Below, one piece after another: positions 31,636 through 40,482 of a stretch of DNA of 64,000 nt. The notes under the pieces were generated by a model, which searched no databases, was not told where the DNA came from, and saw only the letters and a list, made by a program, of their open reading frames with translations. The stretch is from a virus. Lineage: Duplodnaviria; Caudoviricetes. The position numbers and the translations under genes were made by a program. The first letter of the stretch is position 1, and each line of letters begins with the position of its first letter. The DNA lies in IMG/VR virus record IMGVR_UViG_3300017913_001781, positions 32,001-96,000 of that record. One strand, given 5' to 3'.

Positions 31636-33722
31636 TGGCTCAGTCATCTAGATACTTTAGAATAGACGATGATGTATTGTTAGAGTTTATTTACCACGAT
31701 CAAGGCAACCCAGATGCACATTATATTGAGGTTGACGATAATGGTAGCGAGATAAAGAAACTAACAGTAAATCCTAACGACCCGTATACTGAGCACATTA
31801 ATCACCTAATTTGTGAGCTTGGTAGTCAAGTAGTTAACTTTGATGTGACTGTAGCCGGAGCATATCTTTCTGTTGAGAATTTTGCTGGAAGAACTCTTCT
31901 ACTCGAGGCTGGAAAAACATATAAGTTTAACTTAAGTGCTTTACCAGATCCTAGTTTATTTACTATTGATTCAAATTATGGAACATATAGCCTAAGTAGC
32001 GTAGGCATTGGTACATTTATACCTACAATTTATGGAACTATAAACTATAGCTATCCAGGATTAACAGGAGGTAAAATTGTTATAGCTGATAAGGCAAATC
32101 CTTTATTTTCTACGCCAGATGAAGATACCGGAAATGACATAAATCATTTAATCGGTAGATTTCATGCAATACCTCATGTAGATGATAATGTCAAATATGC
32201 TCTTTTAGGATATGATGTTGATGGTCTTTACGATCAACCTTTAAAATATATCAACTCTTATCCAGGTTGGAATGGATCTAACGAAGCTGATTTGCTTTCA
32301 TCACAAACTGATGCTAATGCTATTAATCGTATTTACTATGATGATATTAGACTTCATTTAAGATCTGGTTTTTCTTTTGCATCTAGAGGATATGAAGGAT
32401 TTTTATTCGAGGTTAAGACTGAAAGAGATAATGGTATTAAAAATTATTTAACTCAACTAGTTTACTTAAATCAAAGTAACTACGAGGTTTCTAATCCTAA
32501 GCCATTCCTATTAGGCGAAACTTTATTTACTAAGTTTGTAAATTTAAAGATTCCAACCCTTGTTAATCAAAATTTTGAATTTGAAGATTTCTTCTACGGT
32601 AACGGAGTCATTGAGCCTGTTTCTAACCAAACTTCTAACCTAAACCCTACATCTAATTATGAGATTAGCTTTAAGCTTATTGATAGATTAGAAAATATAG
32701 ACGGTTATAATTATTTCTATACGGCTGAAGTAAATACGTTTAGCGTAAGTAGAGAAGATGAATATACTGATTTTACAGTAGTTGTAGAAGAAGCAGAAGA
32801 TGGAGATTACTTTGAAATTTATGGAGAAAAAGACAATGATGCTGCTGCATTCGAAGGCTACATAACTAATAGAATTAATACATCAACGGATGACATTATT
32901 GTAATGTATGAAGTAGAAGTTTACGAGCAAGTTGGTATTTCTCAAATTAAAACATTCGATACAACATTTACACAAGTTGTTGATTTTGATACTCCAATTA
33001 CATTTAGACCTGTTATTATAAATGGCAATGTAGCTGTTAACTTTTCTATTGATGTAACTATGAGAATAGTTAACGAAACTGATAATACGCAGATAGTTAA
33101 AAGAGCGAGCGTTACATTTGACAGAGCCGCTAAATATGCTAAGCGTATGCAATCTGTTAAGATTAATTCTGCTACTAGATTGACAGAAGTATTTAATACA
33201 TTACCTAATTTATCAGCTAATAGAGCGGTTAAGGGTCTTATCAATAATTCATTACCCAAATCAACTAGATATGTACCCGCTTTTGTAGAGACGACAAACA
33301 TTGTTGCAGCTAATGTGCCGGTTAATATTACTAGTAATACCAATGCTGATTTACCACCAGATGAAGTAGAGGATCTAGAGACTCCAAAATATAAGTCAAG
33401 CGGCGATGTTACAATATATGTACCTCCGTTTACAACCTATTATAAATTCTATATCGCTAAAAAGAATGGAGATGATTTAGATCAACTTTCTTTAACAGGT
33501 GCTGATGATATAGTACTTTCGTTTGAAGATGGAGGTACTAAGAAGGTATTTAATCATCAAAGGAGTAAAGACATAGACTTAGGTAAAGGAGAAGTTCTAT
33601 TCAAAGTAGACGAAGCTAACGCTAGTGCAATTAGAGGTATGCAAAATAAACAATTCTATATTTCTTCTAAGAGTGGATCCGACAATACTGTGATTGCCCA
33701 CGGAAAATTTACCATTGAATAA
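31635..33722 (+). CDS. Putative virion structural protein
   Basis: 695 aa; shares a beta-sandwich module with two other structural ORFs. Confidence 0.6.
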   Translation: MAQSSRYFRIDDDVLLEFIYHDQGNPDAHYIEVDDNGSEIKKLTVNPNDPYTEHINHLICELGSQVVNFDVTVAGAYLSVENFAGRTLLLEAGKTYKFNLSALPDPSLFTIDSNYGTYSLSSVGIGTFIPTIYGTINYSYPGLTGGKIVIADKANPLFSTPDEDTGNDINHLIGRFHAIPHVDDNVKYALLGYDVDGLYDQPLKYINSYPGWNGSNEADLLSSQTDANAINRIYYDDIRLHLRSGFSFASRGYEGFLFEVKTERDNGIKNYLTQLVYLNQSNYEVSNPKPFLLGETLFTKFVNLKIPTLVNQNFEFEDFFYGNGVIEPVSNQTSNLNPTSNYEISFKLIDRLENIDGYNYFYTAEVNTFSVSREDEYTDFTVVVEEAEDGDYFEIYGEKDNDAAAFEGYITNRINTSTDDIIVMYEVEVYEQVGISQIKTFDTTFTQVVDFDTPITFRPVIINGNVAVNFSIDVTMRIVNETDNTQIVKRASVTFDRAAKYAKRMQSVKINSATRLTEVFNTLPNLSANRAVKGLINNSLPKSTRYVPAFVETTNIVAANVPVNITSNTNADLPPDEVEDLETPKYKSSGDVTIYVPPFTTYYKFYIAKKNGDDLDQLSLTGADDIVLSFEDGGTKKVFNHQRSKDIDLGKGEVLFKVDEANASAIRGMQNKQFYISSKSGSDNTVIAHGKFTIE

Positions 33723-34273
33723 TGATTCTAAATTCTAGAAATAATTTATTCTCATTTAGGTTTCCAAGAAACTTTATACCCGAGGAGGTAGCTAATAAAT
33801 ATGTTAAGTATTTAAATAGAATGCCGGGTAATCTAATGCAAAGACCCGTTGATTTCGTTAATTATTCTATTCAAGGCATTAATGTTCCGGGTGTTTCATT
33901 TGATCCTATTTCACAAGCTGATAATGACGGAACAACTAGATATCACAGAGGTGCAGTTCCCATTCAAAATACAGTAGAGCGACAATTTACAGTTACTATG
34001 CAACTTTTAGATGGTTACATTAATTATTGGATAATGTTAGATACCTTGCTTTACTATTATGCAAGATCAACCGAGCAACCATTTACTGAGAATCTAGTTA
34101 TGAGAATCATGGATGCTGAAGGAATAGGTATGGCTTCTATGGTTTTTGAACAACCTATCATGAACTCAATTAACGAGCTTAACCTAAACTTTGCCGAAAA
34201 TGTTGCCGAATTTAGTACGTTTGAAGTCACATTCTACTATAACAAACTCAACCTAAAGATAGAAATAGATTAA
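33722..34273 (+). CDS. Tail tube-fold protein (gp19/gp3-like)
   Basis: 'NYSIQGINVPGVSF', 'FTVTMQL', 'FSTFEVTFYY' tube-fold pattern. Confidence 0.6.
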   Translation: MILNSRNNLFSFRFPRNFIPEEVANKYVKYLNRMPGNLMQRPVDFVNYSIQGINVPGVSFDPISQADNDGTTRYHRGAVPIQNTVERQFTVTMQLLDGYINYWIMLDTLLYYYARSTEQPFTENLVMRIMDAEGIGMASMVFEQPIMNSINELNLNFAENVAEFSTFEVTFYYNKLNLKIEID

Positions 34274-34283
34274 TATATAAGAT

Positions 34284-34652
34284 ATGAAAACATTTTTAGA
34301 ATATCTAAACGAGCAAGACATTTCAGAAAAAGATCTTCTTATTTTAAACGAAGGTCTTCAAAGCGAGTGGACCGATGAATTAGAAGCTAAAGTCGATGAA
34401 GCTATAAATGCATTTGCGTCTGAATACATGCTAGAAGACGGAACTTATGATATCGATAGATTCAATGAAGAAATGACCAATGAAGGTATATTGGGTAGTA
34501 TTATAGGTGGTCTTACTGGTTTTGCTCTAGGTAAATCAGTTGGTAAATTAATAGCTAAAGTTTTAGGTGTACAAAAGGGTGTATTATATGACCTTCTGAC
34601 TTCAAGATTAGTTGGCGCAGCTTTAGGAGCTTCTCTGGGAAAAAGATTTTAA
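34284..34652 (+). CDS. Putative capsid-internal protein: acidic pro-region plus glycine-zipper amphipathic C-terminus
   Basis: Starts MKTFLEYLNE (like the T4 capsid targeting sequence); C-terminus GILGSIIGGLTGFALG... Confidence 0.55.
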   Translation: MKTFLEYLNEQDISEKDLLILNEGLQSEWTDELEAKVDEAINAFASEYMLEDGTYDIDRFNEEMTNEGILGSIIGGLTGFALGKSVGKLIAKVLGVQKGVLYDLLTSRLVGAALGASLGKRF

Positions 34653-34653
34653 A

Positions 34654-35304
34654 GTGAATTACGTAGCAGTAGACTTTTCTCTTAACTCTCCTGGCATTTG
34701 CATTTACAATGACAAGAGTAAAAAGTACCAATTTATAAGTTATATTAAAACAAAAACGGGTACAAAGGCCGAACAAGCTTTTCAAGAAGACATATCTAAA
34801 CTTAAGGATGTGGCCTTAATTTATCAACCTGACTTTACAACAAGCGATGCTTACTCAAGCCAAGAGTTGAATAAAATTAAAAGATATGATAAGATGGCAG
34901 ATGATATTGTCAATCTTATATTACAAGAGTCTCAGCAAGGAGACGGTTATACTATAGCATTTGAGGGTACAAGCTATGGTTCAAAAATGGGAACTAATAA
35001 TATGATTGATATGGCAGCCGGCGCTGCAATCTTAAAACTAAAAATGTTAAAGATCTTTAAACCTGAAGATATTCAAACAATTGCTCCAACTACAATCAAG
35101 AAATTTGCAGGTAAAGGTAATATGAATAAATTACAATTATGTCAGGCCTTTTTAGATAATGTAAATGGAGATCCATTTTTAATGAAGGGAGAATTATTTC
35201 ATTTTGTTACTAATAACATAACCATTGAAAAGAAAATTCCAAAGCCATTAGATGACCTTATTGATGCTTATTTTCTTTCAGCTCTTTTGGCATCAAAAGC
35301 TTAA
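34654..35304 (+). CDS. RuvC-like Holliday junction resolvase
   Basis: 'AVDFSLNSPG', 'IAFEGTSYG', 'APTTIKKFAGKGNMNK', 'DDLIDAY'; GTG start. Confidence 0.85.
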   Translation: MNYVAVDFSLNSPGICIYNDKSKKYQFISYIKTKTGTKAEQAFQEDISKLKDVALIYQPDFTTSDAYSSQELNKIKRYDKMADDIVNLILQESQQGDGYTIAFEGTSYGSKMGTNNMIDMAAGAAILKLKMLKIFKPEDIQTIAPTTIKKFAGKGNMNKLQLCQAFLDNVNGDPFLMKGELFHFVTNNITIEKKIPKPLDDLIDAYFLSALLASKA

Positions 35305-35401
35305 AGCCTATTCTTTCCCTGAAACCTAAAACCATTTATTGTATGCTAGTTGCCACGTTATGTTTCATGAAGAAACAAAAAGAAAAAGAGATATATAAGA
35401 T

Positions 35402-35629
35402 ATGTTGATGATTGATATAAATTATCCTAACATGGACATAAACACGTATGAGTTTCTTCAACTCAATAAGATCCTCAATAAAATGGTGTCAAATGGCCTA
35501 ATTTCTCAAGAAGAAAAAGAAGAGCTATTACACAAATCAGGGCTGATTAAGCTAGAGGATGGAAGTTGGAGACCTACGAAAGATGATCCATCGATGAAGA
35601 CTAAGATATTTCTTTCTGAAACTCTTTAA
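35402..35629 (+). CDS. Hypothetical protein
   Basis: 75 aa ORF; the start may be the later ATG (MDINTYEF). Confidence 0.55.
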   Translation: MLMIDINYPNMDINTYEFLQLNKILNKMVSNGLISQEEKEELLHKSGLIKLEDGSWRPTKDDPSMKTKIFLSETL

Positions 35630-35645
35630 GATTTAAAGGTATAAC
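35617..35645 (+). promoter_or_regulatory. Putative middle promoter TGAAAC-N17-TATAAC upstream of the SSB gene
   Basis: Recurrent motif before replication genes. Confidence 0.6.
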
Positions 35646-35696
35646 AAGCAACTTAAAGCTAATTTTAAGGTATTAACAAATTAAAGGTTTTTTATT

Positions 35697-36608
35697 ATGG
35701 CAGATTTTGATATTTTCAATCTCGGAGTTGAGGACGTAGAAACACATACTCAACAAACAACTACCTCAGCAAATGAGGTTTACAAGCCTACCGCAGATGA
35801 CGGTAAGGACGGAACTTATAAGGCGCTCGTTCGCTTCGTTCCAAACCCAGCTAACCCCCGTAATTCTCTTATTCAGAAGTACGTTCACTGGTTGGTTGAT
35901 TCTAATGGTGATGGCAAGATTGTCGATTCACCTCAAACAATCGGCGAGAAGTGCCCAATTGCAGATGTTTTCTGGAAGCTTCGTAAGTCCGATTCAGCTG
36001 TTGATCGCAAGACTTCAGACAAGCTTAAGCGTCGTCAACAGTACTATGCACTAATTAAGATTATCAAGGATCCTCAGAATCCGGATCTTGAAGGTCAATA
36101 CAAAGTATTCAAATTCGGATATAAGATCAAAGAAAAGATCGATGCTGAGTTGAAGCCTGACTTTGGAGAACCAACACAAGTCTTTGACCTTTTTGAAGGT
36201 AAGAACTTTGAGTTGATTATCACTCGTCAAGGTGAATATAACAACTACGATAAGTCTAAGTTCTCTGCATCTCGCTCTGCAGTCGTTATCAACGGCGAAC
36301 CAGCTGAGCGTAGCAAAGAGGCTATGGAAACCATCAAGACTGAACTTGAAGGTGCTCCTGACTTGTCAATGTATGACTATCAAGCATGGGACGAGGACAC
36401 CCGCGAGTTCGTCAACAACGTACTTCGCATGTACCTCAACCCAGGAGACTCTATTGCTGAAGTCACTCCAAGTGCTGCGCCTAAAACGCAAGCAAAGAAA
36501 GAGCCAGTCGCCACTCCGGTTACTGCTACCACCGAGTCAACATCAGACACTACTTCGGTCAGCACTGATGACGACCTTGATTCTTTCTTGAATGACCTCG
36601 ACATCTAA
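35697..36608 (+). CDS. Single-stranded DNA-binding protein, T4 gp32-like
   Basis: 'ALVRFVP', 'GEKCPI', 'DPQNPDLEGQYKVFKFGYKI', 'NYDKSKF', acidic tail 'DDDLDSFLNDLDI'. Confidence 0.92.
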   Translation: MADFDIFNLGVEDVETHTQQTTTSANEVYKPTADDGKDGTYKALVRFVPNPANPRNSLIQKYVHWLVDSNGDGKIVDSPQTIGEKCPIADVFWKLRKSDSAVDRKTSDKLKRRQQYYALIKIIKDPQNPDLEGQYKVFKFGYKIKEKIDAELKPDFGEPTQVFDLFEGKNFELIITRQGEYNNYDKSKFSASRSAVVINGEPAERSKEAMETIKTELEGAPDLSMYDYQAWDEDTREFVNNVLRMYLNPGDSIAEVTPSAAPKTQAKKEPVATPVTATTESTSDTTSVSTDDDLDSFLNDLDI

Positions 36609-37662
36609 TCTTACAGAGGATCTAAAGCACAAGATAAAGCTCGCGCTTAAGGAAGTAGTAGTTCAAGAACACGCTGCTTCCAATAAGCAAACCCTACGGG
36701 ACATGTCAGGACGAATAGTCTTGGCATGTCCTTATTGTGGGGATTCCCATAAAGATGATACCAAAAAAAGAGGTAACATATATTGGGATACGCTTCAGTA
36801 TCATTGCTATAACTGTAGTCATCACACTAACCTATTTGGTTTCTTAAAGGACCATGGTGTTAGAATGCCAAATACTGGCGATTCATTCGACGTTATAGAC
36901 TATATTAAAGCTAATGAGAGAAGTGTTAAGAAGGTTGAAACACTTCGTCACAATGTATTTACTAAGGCTGATGAACTTGCTATTCCTATAGATAAGTTTA
37001 AGCAGTATTTTGGAGCAGTCGATATTGAACCTGGAGATTGGATTTGGTTTAAGCTTAAAGAACGTTTGCTTCATCATATGGCCGATCACTTTTTATTTTC
37101 TAATAAGGATCAAAAATTATGGATTCTTAACAAGACTCCAGAGGGCAATATATTGGCCGCTCAAAGTCGTCGTATGAAGGGCAAAGGTTCCAGATATCTT
37201 ACGTATGATTTACCTAAGTTGTACGAAGAAATGAATATAGAACTAAACTTAGAAGAAGAAGATCTTGTTAAGGTAAGTAAAGTTTCAACTTTATTTGGCA
37301 TTATGCAACTTAACTTTCAACGAGACGTTACTATTTTTGAAGGGCCATTAGACGCTAAGTTTATGTCTAACTCACTTGCATTAGCTACAGCCGGCAGATC
37401 AACTCAAGAGTTTGATGAGATGGCGACAGTAAGATATATGTTTGATAACGATAAAACAGGCCGAGAAAAGATGGCAGAAAAACTTAAGAAAGGAAGGCCA
37501 GTATTTATGTGGTCCAAATTCTTAAGCGAAAATAAGCTAGATACATATAACATAAAAGACTTAAACGATCTTATGATCGTGTGTTACCGAGAGGGGTCTA
37601 AGGCTTATAAAAGAATAAATGAATACTTCACTACAAGCCCGCTAGACTTATGGTACGTATAG
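36592..37662 (+). CDS. DNA primase, T4 gp61-like
   Basis: Zn ribbon 'CPYCGDS...HCYNC'; TOPRIM 'IFEGPLDA', 'FDND', 'KDLND'. Confidence 0.9.
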   Translation: MTSTSNLTEDLKHKIKLALKEVVVQEHAASNKQTLRDMSGRIVLACPYCGDSHKDDTKKRGNIYWDTLQYHCYNCSHHTNLFGFLKDHGVRMPNTGDSFDVIDYIKANERSVKKVETLRHNVFTKADELAIPIDKFKQYFGAVDIEPGDWIWFKLKERLLHHMADHFLFSNKDQKLWILNKTPEGNILAAQSRRMKGKGSRYLTYDLPKLYEEMNIELNLEEEDLVKVSKVSTLFGIMQLNFQRDVTIFEGPLDAKFMSNSLALATAGRSTQEFDEMATVRYMFDNDKTGREKMAEKLKKGRPVFMWSKFLSENKLDTYNIKDLNDLMIVCYREGSKAYKRINEYFTTSPLDLWYV

Positions 37663-37871
37663 AAGATATAACAAAAATGGTTGAAGAAGATTTAGATAAT
37701 TTCTATGAAGATGGAAAGAGATTTAAAGGTCATAAGTTATTACTTGACTTTGATAGCTCCGAATATGATGTAGAATTACCTGAAACAGAGTCTATAAAAC
37801 CAAAGTTTAAAAAGAAAAAGAAGGCTAGCGTGTTCGTTAAGCCTAAATCGAATAGAAGATCGCTATTTTAA
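37650..37871 (+). CDS. Hypothetical protein
   Basis: 73 aa, acidic N-terminus and basic C-terminus; coupled to neighbours. Confidence 0.6.
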   Translation: MVRIEDITKMVEEDLDNFYEDGKRFKGHKLLLDFDSSEYDVELPETESIKPKFKKKKKASVFVKPKSNRRSLF

Positions 37872-38296
37872 TGGGAAGTAAAGAAAAAATATTAGAAATC
37901 GATGAGCGCTTAGGTAAGCAAAGGGGTGAATGGTCTGAAAAGATCAAAGAACTCGCTGATAGCCTTAAGTATATTAATGGTATGGAAGAAACCATTGCTA
38001 AAGTACTTTCGTCTCGCCAAACGCTAATCGACCAAATCGCATATATAAACACTAAGATTCGCGCGCAGAAGGCAACCCTTGCTAGTCGAAACCGCGAAGC
38101 TTATATTAGATATTTTGAGTATGACTATAAACTAGGAGAGAAGCAAAAAGTAATGTTTATGGAGGCAGACTTAGCCGATGACAATACTATATTAGCTCAC
38201 TTAGAAAACCAACTCGAATTTCTAAAAGAGTCGGTAAAGACCCTAGATAATATGGGTTTTGCCATCCGAAACAGACTTGCACTCAAGGATCTGTAA
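37871..38296 (+). CDS. uvsY: Recombination mediator UvsY-like
   Basis: 141 aa helical protein ending 'VKTLDNMGFAIRN', immediately upstream of uvsW. Confidence 0.7.
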   Translation: MGSKEKILEIDERLGKQRGEWSEKIKELADSLKYINGMEETIAKVLSSRQTLIDQIAYINTKIRAQKATLASRNREAYIRYFEYDYKLGEKQKVMFMEADLADDNTILAHLENQLEFLKESVKTLDNMGFAIRNRLALKDL

Positions 38297-38319
38297 GGAG
38301 AAGAAAACAACGAGTCAAT

Positions 38320-39828
38320 GTGGAACTTAGCTTAACAGAAAATAATCAGTTTCTAAGAGTAGATTCAGCGACAGAGTTAGAAATAGAACAACTCAACATC
38401 TCACTTACTAAGAGAATAGAATCATGGCGATTCAATCCTTTGGTCAAGCGAGGTGTCTGGGATGGTTACGTCTCGTATATTAAAGATGACAAATGGATTC
38501 CTTCTGGTTTATGGAAAGAAATTATGGATACGTGTAAGGAGTATTCATATGACCTTAAATTAAACGGAGTCACTGATCTTTTTGATAAAAGCGTTAACCA
38601 AGAAGAATTTGAAGCTTGGGCTTTAGACTTCTTTAAAGACTCTGAGATTACGCCACGCGACTATCAAATGGATGCAGCTTTTAACATCTTAAAGTTTAGA
38701 AGATGTTTGGCAGAATTAGCTACCTCAGCAGGTAAGACTCTTATTTCTTTCTTAGTAGTAGCATATATGCTTGAAAAGAAAAAGGCCAATAAGGTCTTAT
38801 TTATAGTACCTAACGTTTCACTTGTAGTTCAAGCTACTGAAGACTTTATGGACTATAACTATAAGAATCAGGTTAGTATTAAGATTCAACAAATCTACTC
38901 AGGCCAAAAGATTAGAGCTGGCCGTAATGTTGTTATTGGAACGTATCAATCTCTTGTTAAAAAGAACAAAGAGTATTTCGAGCAGTTTGATGCTGTTATC
39001 ATTGACGAGACACATAAGGCTAAGTCTAATTCTATTAAGACTATCTTGCAGAAGTGTGTATCGGCTAAGTATCGTTTTGGTTTGTCAGGAACTATTCCTA
39101 AAAGAGGTAAGTTAGACAGACTCACTTTGATGGCTTACACCGGTCCTGTTATTACAGAAGTCAGTGCTAATTTCTTGCAAAAACAAGGACATATTGCCGG
39201 TTGCAAAGTTAAAGTCATTGAAATGGATTATGCGCCAGATTCTACGAAACAAGCTTTCATGGAAATGGCAATGAACAAATACGAAAGCAAAGACGTATTT
39301 AAATTTGAACAAAACTACGTAATAAATTCCCCCGGTAGACTAAACTTTATTACGAATGTCATATCTAAAATTCCCCGAAATTCCCTTGTCTTGTTTCATC
39401 GCATCGAACATGGTAAAAAGCTTTATGAGAAGCTCAGACAGGATAGCGATAAGGTTGTCTATTATGTAGATGGAGGTACTGATAAGGACATAAGAGAAGA
39501 ATACAAGAAAAAGATGGAAGCCGGTGAAGAAGTAGTAATTGTAGCTTCATACGGCACTTTCTCTACTGGAATTTCTATTAAGAAAATACACAACATTTTC
39601 TTCACAGAATCATTCAAATCCGAGGTCATTATTAGACAATCTATTGGTCGTGGACTTAGACAACATAAATCAAAAGAAGAAGTTATTATTGTAGACTTTG
39701 TTGATGATTTATCTTCTCCAGAGTGGTTCAATTACTTAATGAGACATGCTAATGCGAGGCAGCGTATTTACAAGGAACAGAAGTTTAGCTATAGCGTGAA
39801 AAAGGTTCAATTTGAAGGAGATATATAG
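38320..39828 (+). CDS. uvsW: SF2 DNA helicase UvsW
   Basis: 'PRDYQ', 'ATSAGKT', 'DETH', 'GLSGT', 'QSIGRGLR'. Confidence 0.93.
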   Translation: MELSLTENNQFLRVDSATELEIEQLNISLTKRIESWRFNPLVKRGVWDGYVSYIKDDKWIPSGLWKEIMDTCKEYSYDLKLNGVTDLFDKSVNQEEFEAWALDFFKDSEITPRDYQMDAAFNILKFRRCLAELATSAGKTLISFLVVAYMLEKKKANKVLFIVPNVSLVVQATEDFMDYNYKNQVSIKIQQIYSGQKIRAGRNVVIGTYQSLVKKNKEYFEQFDAVIIDETHKAKSNSIKTILQKCVSAKYRFGLSGTIPKRGKLDRLTLMAYTGPVITEVSANFLQKQGHIAGCKVKVIEMDYAPDSTKQAFMEMAMNKYESKDVFKFEQNYVINSPGRLNFITNVISKIPRNSLVLFHRIEHGKKLYEKLRQDSDKVVYYVDGGTDKDIREEYKKKMEAGEEVVIVASYGTFSTGISIKKIHNIFFTESFKSEVIIRQSIGRGLRQHKSKEEVIIVDFVDDLSSPEWFNYLMRHANARQRIYKEQKFSYSVKKVQFEGDI

Positions 39829-39852
39829 AAAAAGTAAAATATTACTATAATC

Positions 39853-40482
39853 ATGAATAAATTACAAGACTTTAATAGCTTTGCTTCTGCTAAAAGACAA
39901 GAGGCTCAAATCAAGTTAGAGCAAGAGCAAGAAGCGAAAAGAACATCTAGTGCCGAAACATTTAAATCTCTTTTAGCAGAATACGGCGTAACAGATCTTA
40001 ATGAATTAGATGAAGAACAAAAAACTTCTTTCTTTTTAAAGTTAAGAGGCGGAGAAGTAAACGAGGACGTTAACTATATGATTGATAGATTAGAAGAGGC
40101 ATATTCAGTTACTGAAGCTGAAGTTAAGTCTGAAGAAGAGTTTCAAGAATATGCAATGACTGTCTTGAAAAAAGCATTTGGTGAAGATTTTGATGAAGCT
40201 AAAGCACAAGAAACTATCGATGGTATTCTTGGTAAGGCAAAAGGAGACTATGGTGCAGCTATAGGTATGCTAACATCTTCTTTAGGAGAATCAGTAAAGG
40301 TCAATGAATCCGATATTAAATCAGACGAAGATTTTAAAGAGTATGCATTCTCAGTTCTTCAAAAAGCATTTGGAGACGAGTTTGACGAAGCAAAGGCTCA
40401 AGAAGTAGTAGACGGAATTCTATCTAAAGCCGGCGGTGATTATGGTGAAGCTGCGGGTATGCTACAAAGCTCACTTGGATAA
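39853..40482 (+). CDS. Putative capsid-internal/core protein with a duplicated ~57-aa helical domain
   Basis: Acidic; repeats at about 40117-40286 and 40309-40479; each preceded by V-x-E. Confidence 0.55.
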   Translation: MNKLQDFNSFASAKRQEAQIKLEQEQEAKRTSSAETFKSLLAEYGVTDLNELDEEQKTSFFLKLRGGEVNEDVNYMIDRLEEAYSVTEAEVKSEEEFQEYAMTVLKKAFGEDFDEAKAQETIDGILGKAKGDYGAAIGMLTSSLGESVKVNESDIKSDEDFKEYAFSVLQKAFGDEFDEAKAQEVVDGILSKAGGDYGEAAGMLQSSLG

